Assembly (NCBI RefSeq): GCF_031769215.1
Contig: NW_026782072.1
Location: 744,001 to 808,000, forward strand
Direction: 5' to 3'
Source: Ylistrum balloti
Taxonomy: Eukaryota
DNA length: 64,000 nucleotides
A program made the translations under genes and the position numbers. The notes beneath the pieces are model-generated. The model saw nothing but the letters and a program-made list of their open reading frames with translations, had not been told where the DNA came from and did not search any database. The number at the start of each line of letters is the position of its first letter. Positions within the stretch are counted from its first letter, which is position 1. This document shows positions 11,697 to 25,424 of the stretch, piece after piece.

Positions 11697-13261
11697 CCTG
11701 TACTTAAAAAATCCTTAGCTTTACTTAACACACATTTACCATTTTTTGTATACTAAAGACAGGAAGTATATTTTTCTAGATTCTGAAGCATTTCCCAAAG
11801 AGTTACGTCCCTATGAATTCTGTATTCCTTATTCTCTTGGTTTACTGTATATCCAGGGAAATTTGTCATATTTGAACTTTGTCGGGTACATTCGACGCTT
11901 CTATTCCTCTCCATGTATCGGACGAGATAGGTAAATCTTCCGTCAAACCAACGGTAAAGTTAACACTCTATCTCGATAATCTGCATAAGATTCCGTTACA
12001 GAATGCATGAGACTACAACCGGTTCAGAATGATTGGAAGCACCTGCTCATAAGTGAAGTATCTCTTGGGAAAAGACGGGAAGTCTAAAGCAGGACACCGA
12101 CAACGGCTTTTATGGCAATAAATCATGTTAAGTTAATTGAATTTCCATTTAACTTTTTGTTCAAAAGAATGATTGTCTGACGTTGGGTTTACATCCCGTG
12201 GACATACATGGCTGCAGCGTCTTGAGTCAATGATTTCTTGTAGTACCTGGTAAGTAAATTACTGAAGAACAATATACGGGAGGTCCGTGGCATGCAACCC
12301 ATAGCAACGAAGGAGGAATTCTTGTTTAGAAACAAAACCACGTCAGCACAGACTGGTTCGTTTCTCAGCTTCCCAAGAAACACAAACCGCCACAAACGTG
12401 GTACCACGCACAACTTGCTGGTCGTCGGCTGGTGTGAAGTAGTCACAACCCTCTTCGTTCAAAAGACCTTGATCTTACCATCACAATAGTTAAAAAATAA
12501 ACTATTTGATTTAATTCATATTCGAATATTTATAAAGTATTGTATAGAGAAATAGAAAGTTTTGCATGTCGTTCGCAGGCTCATTGAAGCATTAATTAAT
12601 GCTGTGATGAATTGATCATACAAACGCACATATTGTGTGAAATTATTATTATCACATCTGAGAGCTCCTGTTAAACTTCAACGCAGTTTAATCATCTACC
12701 ATACACCGATAACAAAATATTAGAAAGGGGGATCGGGGGTTGGGTTATAATACGCCGCCAGATCACCGACGGCCTTCTGAAAAGGACACCTATCGACAGG
12801 AAGTGTCAGGGAGACTGTAGCCAAATGCAACCAACAATCAACCGACCATTTACCTTTCATAGTGTCATTTGTGTGTGTGACACGTTTCATATGTTAGGGT
12901 ATTAGAGTAGATCACGTATGTCAATCGATTTGATCATTTGACCACGTGAAGGATGACTAATTCCCTATCTTAGTTACATATTCTCGCGTTGACAACAGTT
13001 TAAATCGTTTTGCCGAACTGGGTTTGTATCGGTTTTAATTGTTTCCAGACTATTTCTATGAGCAACACCTGTAAAATATTTTAACATTACTTTGTCACCT
13101 TCTCTAAGTAACTGTAATATACCTGGTCATCTATATAAGTTCAGTGATGTATGGCATGGACTTAGAAAATCAAGTCCGTGATAGCCGCATTCTAAAGTCA
13201 TTTTAATATTAGTCTTCGTCGTATTACAATAGCTATAATTATTTAATAACTAATAATGACA

Positions 13262-13490
13262 GAATTCTTGTCAAATACTTGTCAAATACTAGTCAAATAC
13301 TTGTCAAATACTTGTCAAATACCTGTCAAATACTAGTCAAATTCTTGTCAAATACTAGTCAAATACCTGTCAAATACTAGTCAAATACTTGTCAAATACT
13401 TGTCAAATACCTGTCAAATTCTTGTCAAATACCTGTCAAATACTTGTCAAAAACTTTTCAAATACTTGTGAAATTCATGTCAAATACTTA
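13262..13490. repeat. 10-bp tandem repeat (gtcaaatact/acct variants)
   Basis: More than 20 consecutive 10-bp units. Confidence 0.95.
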
Positions 13491-14306
13491 GTGTAATTAA
13501 AAACTGCAATAATATGTAACAGATGATTTGGAAATTACATATATGACATTATTTCGTGGTCGGTTATGACTAAAGATGTTGAATGTAAAAGGTGTTTAGG
13601 ACTTGTTCAATAACACCATGTTTATAAGTCTGTTGAATGAAATAAGGCCCTTTAGAAACTAAATGCTATGCATGAGAACGTACCCAAGGACATATATAGA
13701 AGGTGTAATGTCTCCAGGTAGCAAAGCCCTCTTGGGTAAATCAATTATTTTATTTGTAAATCCCAACTGGCCGGTTTTGTTTCTGGCTCTGATATGTAAC
13801 CCTTCGGGGTTTTTTTAAGTCTCGTGACCGACAGGTACCATGCCTTTTTATTAAAACTTGCCAGCTCGTAAGCTTTAACTTACAAATTCTACTCAGAGGT
13901 CGAACTATAAAGCCTGCATTGGTCGCACATTTGTCTTGTATAGAAACCTATAGTATAACGCATGATATGTGAGCAATTACAGCCAAAAGTAAGTGAATGT
14001 TAAAAACGTTTTTATCATTGTTATAGATAACAAGACGTTTTCCCTTTTTCCTTTATCTTTCCGGGTTTGTTTTAAAGTGTTTAATTTCAAGACTGTATCC
14101 CAGCATATACCAAGGACTTGGATATATCTAAGTTCGTGGTATATACTAAATGATGTATATGTTTTGATATTCTGTTCTCTAATTATTCAACTAGAAACTG
14201 GAAAAATATACTAGGCCTACTTTCTTCGCAATATGTGATAAATGTGAGGATTTTAATAAAACTTTACCGACCAAACCTTAACTGTACTTGTAATGAATGT
14301 CGATAG

Positions 14307-14665
14307 CATCCTGGATACTCCCGTGAGGGGTTACGGTCACTTTTGCTCTCTGTACCGCTGGAACACTCGGCGTCATAGCAAAATTGAAGGTTCCATGTGC
14401 GACATCTTGTGGACAAGTCGAAAACGCTAGTTTGATCCTTTGATGTACATCGAGCGAATCTCGAGTTTGCATAACGGTTTATTGTAATGACTTTGAAGTT
14501 GGGTGTCGCTACTTTGTAATGTTCAAAAGGAGCGTATCAACCTGTGATTGGTAAGTTTTTTTTTCTCCTGAAAGCAGTTATTCCACTTATGCCTGAAATT
14601 TGGCCGCGACATGTTCCAGAGGCACATGAGCGAAAGTGATCGTAACCCCTGGAGTATCGAGGATG
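14307..14665. mobile_element. MITE-like segment bounded by ~35-bp imperfect inverted repeats
   Basis: 14307-14343 matches the reverse complement of 14633-14665 with 2 mismatches and a 4-bp indel; no TSD identified. Confidence 0.5.
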
Positions 14666-15240
14666 GTAAACTATACATAGATGATGTTACTGATATCATG
14701 TGAGTGTTTATTTCTATGCACAGATATAGATATATATGAGGAAAAACATCTTCAAAAAGATAGCATTTAAAAAGTTGAGTGATTTTCCAATAAACTCAAT
14801 TTTCAGTCATTTTTAATAAGTAACGTTAATTTATTAATGTCATTTTTGTTAGGAAAACAACATTCACATCTCACTTGCCAAAAAGGGCTATGGTTAGGCT
14901 GGTCATTGCTCACTGTTTTTGTATTAAGTCAAGATGATTTATCTTACATTTTCATCTGATAAAGTACATCGTAAGTGGAACAGGCACACGTTTTACGGAA
15001 ACACACGAATTCTACCGGAAAATTACGAGAATCCCAATCGGTGCGGTTACGATATTTCTCAAATGTAATTGACTGAAATTAAACATCAAATGTATCCCTT
15101 GTTAAAATGGTGATAATTATATCGTGTTATTTCTCAAATACATTATAGTGCGAAGTTACTATTCCAACAAAGTACACAGAACTTTTATTAAGTCTGTAGA
15201 CTAATTATATTATCGTCGAATCAGATCCCACGATATATTC

Positions 15241-15280
15241 CATTTCCTGTAATGGCGGCATCCTTGTTATCACGGTAAGC
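15241..15280 (+). promoter_or_regulatory. Candidate TSS and non-coding first exon of the EEP-nuclease gene
   Basis: CpG-richer patch with an ETS-like core (atttcctg), a YY1-like motif (aatggcgg) and a donor cacg|gtaagc. The first coding exon (25241) starts at an acceptor upstream of the ATG, so an upstream exon must exist. Confidence 0.35.
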
Positions 15281-16110
15281 GCGTATGGATCGAGGAATTT
15301 TACGTCAATGTTATATTATCTAAGGATAATCTCACTTTTTGAAGTTTCACATGCTTTAATTATGCGAAGATGCAGCATTTTTGATGAATTATGTAATACG
15401 ATGCTTCCTGTCATTACATGTAAAATTGCTAAAACATTCTGATTGCGTTGGAAATTCGCCGGTGCATTGTTTATTGCAGCATGTCTGTCTAAATGTCGGT
15501 TTGTTTCTGAATATATTATAAATATATTCTATTTTAATATATCACGAGTGCAGTTTAAGCATTGTAAGTGATTTTCTCAAATAAAACACTTTTCATCCTG
15601 TACTCGGCCATCTACTGAAATCTGTGAACTGTTGTATAATGATCAGTCAAAACCACTGGTACCAAAAGATATAAAAGTTCACGTAAATCACAGGCTTTTA
15701 TCTCATATGGTGTCTGTGCGTAAATCATTGAAAGTACAGTACCTGTGTTTTGCAACATTTTTTCAAATATGAAATTATGATTGTTGTTTGATCACGTAAG
15801 TATTGAAATGATTTAATATGACATGTAAAGGGAAATCAGTCAGAGCTACAATATTACTGCTGTTGACAGCAGATTATTTTGTGATATAGTAGTTTAACAG
15901 CTGTTTCTACATACTTGTCAAGTCATTGATTTGTGTGGGTCACACTAAGAAAATTACCATTTTGTAGTAAATCACCTGTTTGAAGATGATGACTTGAGCG
16001 GGACCAACTTTTCACAAATTCTTCTGTTCACATTTGTAACAAATAAAATCCATGACCCCTGCCTTAGTAGCATGATGCTCCACTGATCTAGCTAAAGTAA
16101 GGTTATCTCT

Positions 16111-16269
16111 CAGGGCTCTCGATTTGCCAGATTTTGGGCCGAATACGCAATGCAAAATAGTATCTTTTTTTCCTAATTTAGACCCCAAGTTTTCCCAATT
16201 CTAAGGAAAATGCCCCAATTTTTCCCAATTCTAAGGGCCCCAGTCCCAAAATGGGGTGTGAGAGCCCTG
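16111..16269. mobile_element. 159-bp MITE, 10-bp TIR cagggctctc, 5-bp TSD tctct
   Basis: Perfect TIRs at 16111-16120 and 16260-16269; tctct at 16106-16110 and 16270-16274. Confidence 0.8.
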
Positions 16270-16281
16270 TCTCTAGTCAAA

Positions 16282-16825
16282 TGGTATATTGCAGTTAATA
16301 TTTTACCAGGATTACATACTCCGCCTCCAGGATACAACTTATCCTCGACCTTTCAGGGATTACAATAATGTTTGTAAAAGTAATGCTAAGTATTATTCCA
16401 GCATTACTACATTGGCACCAATGCAATAAAGGTCATTATTTATTTCAATGCCTGCGGTAAGATTTGAACATTGGACCCCTGATTTACTAGTCTGATGCTC
16501 AACTGATTGAGGTAAAGAGAAATTATAACTAGTCTAGTAGTATATTGCGATTAGTATTTTACCAGGGTTACATACTCCCCCTCCAGGATATAACTTATCC
16601 TTGAGCTTTCAGGAAGTTCAGTAACATTTCTGAAAGTAATGCTAAATATTATTCCAGCATTCCTACATTGGTACCAATGCAATAGAGGTCATTATTTATT
16701 TCAATGCCTCTGATAGGATTGAATCTAGGACCCCTGCCTTACTTGTCTGACACTCAACTGATTGAGGTAAAGAGAAATTATATCTCACACAGCAGTGTAT
16801 TGTGGTTAGTATTTTACCAGGGTTA
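16282..16825 (-). mobile_element. About 2.1 tandem copies of a ~255-bp unit with a decayed tRNA-like head (SINE-like)
   Basis: Units start at ~16282, 16538 and 16793. The minus strand shows decayed A-box (tacctcaatcagttgag) and B-box (agattcaatcc) motifs at tRNA-like spacing. Confidence 0.55.
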
Positions 16826-18815
16826 CATCTGTGACAGTGAAAAATTCTCATAATATGCTAATGATTCACCAATTAAGTGATGGCCAGCCTTCCTCACCCA
16901 GACACTGGGGCAATCTACACACAGGATGTGTGAACCACCTGTAAATCAGCATAACCACATAGGACACAAGGCCCTGTGTGGCATATGGCCATGGAGTACC
17001 CAGGTCTGGTGATTCATTTATATAGTTATCACTAACATGTGATTATAATAAGAATATATCACTTTTAAAACAAGCACTGGTTATAGCTGTCATGTGTTTG
17101 CTTACATGAAGAAGAAGCCTATCTGTAGATATCATAGCTAGCACTGTCAGTATAAACTGACTGTCATGTAAATGAGGTAATAAAGGAGCCAGAAAGTTGA
17201 ATTAAAAATTCAGATTTCAGCATATAAAATGAATAATGTTAAGAACAACTTCCTAAATATGCCATAATAATACTGATAAATCATCACCAATTGATCTTTA
17301 TAAAAGAATGTCATCTTAAACTAACAATTCTAACTAAGTTTAAACTATATCTGAAAGAAAATAAAAATGCTCAAAAAATGTCATTTTCTTATATAAACTG
17401 TGCGGCAGTAGATTTTTCTACTTTCCAAGAAGGAAATATCAGATTCTGGTATCAAGAAATTTACAATTTTGGTACAGCACCTTGAGACACTAATCCATAA
17501 AGAGAATGGTCCGACCTTATTGGTGTATTGAGAAGATTTTTGGCTCTGCCCACCAGCTCCTAGGTGTCAGCCAGGGTCAATATGTGTATATCATCAAACT
17601 GTCATCCTACATAACAATTTTAACAAGGTCAGAACTATCTCTTATAGAAAATAAACAAATTCTCTTTAAAAAGGAGATTTTCTGATATAAAATATATATT
17701 TAACTTTATCTCCTCCTGAGGAGAAACGTGATACTTTTGCCCTTTTTGGCCTCGCCTCTCTGGCTCCAGGGGAAGGGAACCATAATTACAATTATGGTAC
17801 CCCTTTTGCCATGGAAGGTTTCTGCAAAAATACATTGAAATCTGCTAGAGAGTTTGGGATTGACCTTCAAACTTGTCATCACCGGTTTGGTCACCATATA
17901 CCTTTGACAGGTATGGCCTGATAATCAAAAATGATTAAGGGAATGAAACCATTGATGGCAATTAATTGATAACCGCATTGCAGAGTCAAGTAATCTTCTG
18001 ATATAAAGTAAAGTTTTATTATACTATAAGATATTATAGAATAAAATGAGGTAGTGTAGTTTTTATAAATGTCTGCCAGGATGCTGTTTACCAATGCAAG
18101 GTTTTATAGTTTAGTACAAATAGGAATTAACATTCTTTGTCTGTATCTACCCATCTTTTGATGGGAATTGAGGACATGAATTCAACCATGTGACTTAACA
18201 AGATCTTGTGATATCCAGGATATTTCCTTATTGTTATGACATACATAATATTTTTACAGCAATTAACCAGACTGAAATAAATACTGTATATATTATTAGT
18301 TTATTTCCAAAAAAACTATTAAAAAGGCCATTAGAACATAGAAACTGATTTTTTTTTTCAAATTATGTTCTTATATAATATATTTTATTGATGATACTTC
18401 TTAGTAACAAATTCATTACCTTTAAGATAAATGTTTATTTTCCAATGAGTGGTTGAAGAACGAGATTGGCCAAGTATTGACCAAGTGATGATCTGACTAA
18501 TTTTGAAATATGCTGGTATGCAGAAATGGCTAGGTATATTTCATCTGGTTGAAACATTTTGTCTCTAATTTTGTATAATGAGCATCTGGATAAGGAGATT
18601 TGAAATAAAAATATCTGGATAATCAATGGTTTTCTTCATTAGTGATTAATAATGTCACCAAAATGTACATCTTCTACAGTATTTTGTAACAATTCTTACA
18701 GAAGTTCATTTCACCAGTAAATACAGCTTTTATTAAAACTTTCATAATATGTCAGTACTTGGCCCATCTTGTTCATCAAAAGCTCACTAAAAAGGTAAAG
18801 ATAAAGCATTTCTCT

Positions 18816-19053
18816 AAAGGGTTTATTTATGTGTTTCTAAGAACTACGGCCCTTAGAATATCAAAGGGTTTATTTATGTGTTTCTAAGAACTACGGCCCT
18901 TAGAATATCAAAGGGTTTATTTATGTGTTTCTAAGAACTACGGCCCTTAGAATATCAAAGGGTTTATTTATGTGTTTCTAAGAACTACGGCCCATAGAAT
19001 ATCAAAGGGTTTATTTACGTGTTTCTAAGAACTACGGCCCTTAGAATATCAAA
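18816..19053. repeat. 47-bp minisatellite, 5 copies
   Basis: aaagggtttatttatgtgtttctaagaactacggcccttagaatatc starts at 18816, 18863, 18910, 18957 and 19004. Confidence 0.96.
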
Positions 19054-22000
19054 GACAATAGTTTGAAAAGATGTGTTCAATTTTCCCTTCCCTGGAGTTA
19101 CAAGCCTTGTCACAAATAACACATATATATACTTATATGCTTCTGTTTACTGGGATGAGGGAATTAGTGTTTATAACTACATGCATGATGGCGGATGATT
19201 TTGTAGAAGAAATTAAGTCATGCTTTGTCCTGTGTGTAATATGCTAGTTACAGGGCCAGCTTGTGTTGTATTGTGCTGCTCTTCAGTGTATTTTTTCTTC
19301 CTTGGTTAATGTCCAATTTGGAGGGCAGTATTATAATTGGTATGACAGTGGCTTTACGTGTGTTCATTGATGTGTAGTGAGTTAACGTTTAGGTTGTGTC
19401 TTGAGAAGGCCTAAGGATTTGTTTGCATTTGCATCAGAAAAGCAGAGATCAGTTGGTTTCTGATGTAGTTTTTCATTTAGAGATGATTTTTAACTTGCAC
19501 ATTTTAAATGGCTGTTATCTGTGGTATTTAATAAGTAGAAATACACTCCAACTGGCTACTCCTTTCCACTATTGCCTATTCCACTGTCTATATAGCTATT
19601 TATCTGTATTACATACGCCAGTTGGATTGATAGTGTTTATTATTTTGTTCATCCTATGCCATTTTCACCAATCCAAACCATGATGTGAGGGTCCTGTTTT
19701 GAATGTCACTTCATAGATCTGTATTATAATATCGCTGCCAGTGTAATTTGTTTCCAAACAAAGCATACGATGCATGTGTGTAAACAAAAAAGTAGTCCCG
19801 GACGTAATTCCAGTTTAAAAGGTTAGCACATGTAATCTGTCTTACCCCAGTCAGGGCTTTTTTCCACTCATTTGAGAAACAGCCCATTTTGTTTAGAGGA
19901 GAAAATTGATAAATTGGGAAGGAAATCTTATGGAGTTAACTATGTATTTTCGAGTTTCAGGATTGGCCATATTATGAAATGAATCCAATTGGAAGTAGGG
20001 CTTGTATTTAACCCCAAAGAGTCCTATAGAAAAAGGTCTGCTAGGGGTTGACAGAATAAAATGATCTGTAACAGGAGACAAGTTGGTGAATGGAGGTAGA
20101 AAATATGTTGTAGCTTTACAATCACCTGCTTCAGTGCTGTAATTATATATTATCGCCTTATATTCTAGGCTACTCAGTCCTTCAAGCTGTAAAAATTGGT
20201 AAACTATAGATAGTATGAAAGGTTTGTTTTTCGCAATATGTCATGCGTTTGTGAAACATAAACCTGTGCAAAAGACAATGGGACAGGTTTTGCATGAAGT
20301 TGAATGCCATTTAATTACTGCAGTACATATATAGTAACTATAAAAGCAGGACTATTATCTTACTGTCACAATGGCTTCAAATTATACTACCATATATATA
20401 GCATGATAAGCATGACATCCTTGTCTGAATTTTAGACTGTTGAACAATCTGAATTATTTAAGTGTCAGATTAAATCTATGATGTTATGATTATCTTTTCT
20501 AATTATGTCAATGGCAGTTTAATACTAATAATAAACCATCAAACAACAGAACAATCTATCATTGTCCTTAGTTTCAATGTGGAACGGTTAGAGACATTCA
20601 TTTTATTTACAGTATGTAGTGGTGTTGGTGAACTTGTACTGACTTTTCTACAGCCGAATACCTCAATCTTTTTTTACAATGAATTAACGACAACTTTCAA
20701 CCAAGATGTATGCAAAGTTCAAGGATTTCAATTTCCCTTTTGTGAATTTTCCATTTCTGGATAGTCACATAAGTGCACATACCAAACCTAAAGTGTTTAC
20801 ATTTTGCAGTTGATTCAGTATTCCATGGCTTGTTGACAACTGACAAATAAACTCACAACAAAGGGTTTTGAGAAATACAGGTTGATAAATAATAGGGGGA
20901 AGTTTTAAGGTTGTCATCTAGAAATATTCTATTTCTTTGTGCAATATGAAGCTGAATGTCATTGATGCCCGTTAGTTTGTCTTTGGCTCAGTTGTTGTTT
21001 ACCTTATTTTCATCTGGAATCATGGCACTTATTATTTTGACACAGATTTCCATGGTGGGTGTTGTCTATGAAGCAGAAGATGCTGCTCTTCCAGAACACC
21101 TGGTCTTATTCTTATTGTACATTTTCTGAAGTCTCATTGTAAATCAGACTTTTGTCCATATTTTGCACCAGTTTCAGTGAGTTTGGATCCATTAAATTTG
21201 TGAACATGGCAGTATTTTCTTCATTTTGCTATGAACAAAGCTACTTTACAGACTCGCCTACTATTTTGTTCTAATTAATGCCACTAAATCCTTAAAATTA
21301 AGTTGTGATGTGAAGTTGTGATAGCTACAGACCTCTGAATTTTACCCCTTTCACCCATCAGAATTAACCGTGGGATTCACAACTTCCAAAACACCCAACA
21401 TAAAACCATACTTTAGTAGGGTTTTTTGTGTTTGTAGTATTAAGTCCCAATTCATTAATGTAATCCCACCCCTTGTGTGGGACTTCTGGGCTCACTGTTG
21501 GCTGACTACGGTAATAAAACAGAAATGTTATCATATGTTGGTAGCTGTGATCAGGTGTATTGCATGTCAGCCACCTGCTTTTTCATCTAAGTATTTCTGA
21601 TTAATTATGTAATATTGTGGAACATTGATTGAACACATGCACAAAGAACTTATACATTACATCCTGACTCGATATTGTATATGTTATGAAAGTTTCTGTA
21701 AGGTCATGGATATTTTGTTTTGTGACAAAACACCACAAATGTTTGAGTGTCACTTCTACTGCCTTATAAAAGTTGTTGATCGGTTAAGATGACAATTGAT
21801 ACTGATATAGTTAACATGTATATCTACAAACAAGCTACAAACTCTAGATGACTGCAATATGCTTGCTTCATTGCTTCATTTATGTACAATCAAAACATTT
21901 GTAAGCATATTGTACATGTATTTATTCAGAGGTGTTTCCGATAGGCTGAAGTCTTCGCTACTCAAACAAGAATATTCAGATGGTTATCTTCACAAAGTTA

Positions 22001-25000
22001 TATATGATTTATATTAAAACAAATTATAGATCATCAGAGTAAAATAATTTATTCACTTTGTCTGTAGTTTTCAGCGGAAATGTTAGCTATCAAAAATAAG
22101 TATTTATTGTCATGGTTACTGTGCAATGTTAGGTTTCACTTTGTTTATATATGTATCATGCAGTGGAAATGTTACATATATACAAAATTTTAGTATTTAT
22201 TGTCATGATGGAGTGCAGTGCTGGGTTTCTCATTGTCTAGGGTTATCAGTGGATATGTAAGATCTATACAAAATTTCAGTATTTATTGTCATGGTTACTG
22301 TTTATGGAGTGCAATGTTAGGTGTAGTGTCGCTACTTTATCAGATGCAATTCACTTAAATACAGCGTTCAAAAAAACTTGACATCACATTGATAAGATAT
22401 TTTGATTGAAATGTACTCGTTGTAAACTACGGGAGATGTACCTTGTTGCCATCAACTGATGTAAGCTGTTGCACTTTCTTCAATTAACTTGATCAGCACA
22501 CAGACCTGGTCTCACGATGGTGTCAGGTTCAGCACATTAACTCACCTGTTTTGCTAGGATTGTAGCGACATGCTATTAACACTGCCAATGTCGTCGCATG
22601 TTTACCAAGTAGCTGTGGGATAAAATTGCATCCATTATCTGACAGACATTTGCAGGAGAAAAAAATTTAATTATGTAAGCTGACTTCAGCTTAATGCTTG
22701 GAATGAAAAAGATGATGCTACTCTGATTTAAAATTTAGAAATCACTTGTATTTATATCTAGTTTACTGCATCAGTACTAGCTGAACTTTTGAAATTATAT
22801 AGCATAAGTATTCTCCTTTCTTGCAAGTTGATGTTTAATCTGAATCATCATATGATTTTATCTTCATTTGAAAAAAAAAACAACAACAAAAGTGAGGAAA
22901 AGAAATTCTAACTTGATATCTGCAGTTCTGTGTCGTGGAAAGTTGGACATTTCTACCTCATTAATAATGTAATAAAATAGTTCAATGTCGGGCAATGTTG
23001 AGTATATTTGTTGTTACACATTATAAATGTGCTTGTAAATCTCAACATAAATCAAAATTTCATCAACTATTTACATGTACATCTATATATATATATATAC
23101 ACCAGTATTCTGTAGATATTGAACTAGTGTTTTAGTATTACAGTTATATAAGCAGAGAGTTTGTTATATATTAATTTGCAAATGACATGTATTCATTATC
23201 TAATTAATCTACATGTATACTGAAATCAGTTGCCCCCTAGAAATGTGTATTTGCAGCACCAGATGACATGCAGAGATTGATAAAGCTAAATATCCTGGAG
23301 GACACTTGGTAGTTATTGGATTGAAAATTTATCCAGGGTTTGGAATTTGTGTTCATTCATAAACATACAAACACTCATTGAACGTATTATTCAAATGAAA
23401 ATAGTGAGATGTTCAGTAAGTTTGTACTCATTTTTTATATGAAAATGCATTTTCACATGCTGATCACTTTCAAAAAAGCTTGTCGACATGCAGTTTTCCC
23501 AATGTTCCACTTGACTAGTTCTACCTGATCGTTGAGTCATAGTGCATCCTAAATTTGCAGGGAGCATATATGTTTTTAGCTGTTTACACCTGTCTGGAGT
23601 AAGTTTTTCTCACCCTGGGAAGCGCTACAGGACAAATAGCTGTTTTTCCTACTTTTATAAAGCACTGCATTTTTATGTAATTCTTCCAAGATTTACATAC
23701 AAGGCTAGAGTTTCCTGCACGAATGAATATAGGTCATGTGATACTGGCTTGCAGGCAGCTGAGTTTGAAACTTATTCCGGTATATCCATCACTCGAGAAG
23801 CATTAAGATTGGATCAGGGTCGGATGGTACAGCAGCCTAATATTTACTAGTAAATGTCATCGATTGGAAGAGGATTATGGGAGTTGGAAAGCGTTGTGTC
23901 TTTGTTAGTACAATGATTTTGAAGCATTGCTATTTGCTTCATTAAATTGGGATATTATTCTTTGTACAGCAGAACTTTTTAAGGACGGACTGTGGTTTGT
24001 CATTGACGCCAATGTCTCACCGCATATGCATTTTTTTAGAAATATATTTTTAATCACTTCATTTCGCTATAAATCACTTGAGTATGTTATGGAAGCGTGA
24101 TTCTCAGAGACTGCGAAGGATGGGTTCTATACTTTCACGTGAGTGTCATACAAATATGTATCCAAATGATTATTTTTTCTTGGCATGAATTAAGATGTTG
24201 TGGGATAAAATGGAAAATTGTCTGCCTAGTGTACCTGTTGGAATATGATTTACGTGGTGTTTGATTTGTAGATAGATTACTACCCAATTATTCAACTTAC
24301 TGAAGATACAATCATTTGAGATTCTTCTTTCAAAAATTGGAAATATTTCTTTAAAATCTTAATTGATTTTAAATATTTACAAGTTGAAGTTGAGACATCC
24401 CTTTTGGAAATTGGAATTTTTCTGTGATAACCACTGCACAAATGTAGATGATGTAACTATTTTGTGGGATATGCCAGGTTTTGAAGACGAAAAAAAATAA
24501 TAAAATTTTTCAGTTGTCCTCTGGCACATAAGATCAATTGATGAGTACTTCTGCGAAGACTTATTGTGAATAGCAAGCTTGTATATTGGCTTGTTGAAAC
24601 AGGATTTGTCAACACAAACTTCCTTACTCAATATTTGTGGGATGAATTTGCTTTTTAATTGTTGGTAATTCTTTTAAATAAAAAGAGATTTTCTTGGTCT
24701 TATTACCAGACATTGCTTATTTCTAATGCAGACATAAACTTTGAGGGACATTTGAAATGTTTGTTATACACATCTACCAAATTAATAAGGTTGATAATTA
24801 GTTATAAAAATCTATTTAATATCACACGTGACTTATTTATTCTATTACATACAATTAAATACATATGGCTGAAATATAGTTTAAAATTTTAGTCCAGGAC
24901 TTGTTCTAATTCTGCTTATTTTAAAGTCATATAAGACATTACCTCGTTAGGGTCATTTAGTATCAATGTTGCTTTAGATTAAAGGGCAAGGATGTAATGG

Positions 25001-25263
25001 TAATTCTAGTGGAAGTTTGATGAGTTGAAATAATTTTTCAGATTAAATAGATTATATCTATGAAATCATTTGAGGTTGAGAAATCAACTTGTCATAAAAG
25101 TAGAAGTTACCATGAAACTTATTAAAGTTGTTTCATCAAGGACGCCTAGTGATTATCATGTCCAGTTGTAACAACTTCACTATTACTAGATTTGTTTTAG
25201 CTGACCACCAGGCCTTACATGTTGTGTTATTCTGTTGTAGGTAGTAAAGATAAAACCAAAACA

Positions 25264-25424
25264 ATGCCCAGAAGTAGGAGAAGCACAGGCAAGAGCCCTG
25301 CACCTGTTGTGAAGGAGGAAGCTCCCACCACTCGGAAGACAAGAGGGTCTAGCGCCCCAGCTGTAGAAACACCCTCACCCAAAAAGTCCAGGAAAAGGAG
25401 CCCCAGTCCTTCACCTGCCCCAAG
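25264..25424 (+). CDS. CCR4/nocturnin/Angel/PDE12-family EEP nuclease with long disordered N-terminus, coding exon 1 (MPRSRRSTGKSPAP...)
   Basis: Acceptor ttgtag at 25240, ATG at 25264 (aaaacaATGc), donor gtagag, phase 2. Confidence 0.82.

Noticed and set aside
16880-17830. Exon-like minus-strand patches (e.g. FDDIHILTLADT*ELVGRAKNLL, NLPWQKGYHNCNYGSLPLEP)
   Set aside because: Short, stop-interrupted, no recognisable family and no consistent splice phases.
19300-24300. Search for intronic snoRNA or miRNA genes in the repeat-poor intron
   Set aside because: No convincing C/D box pair with terminal stem, H/ACA structure or known miRNA sequence was recognised by eye; an Infernal scan would be needed.
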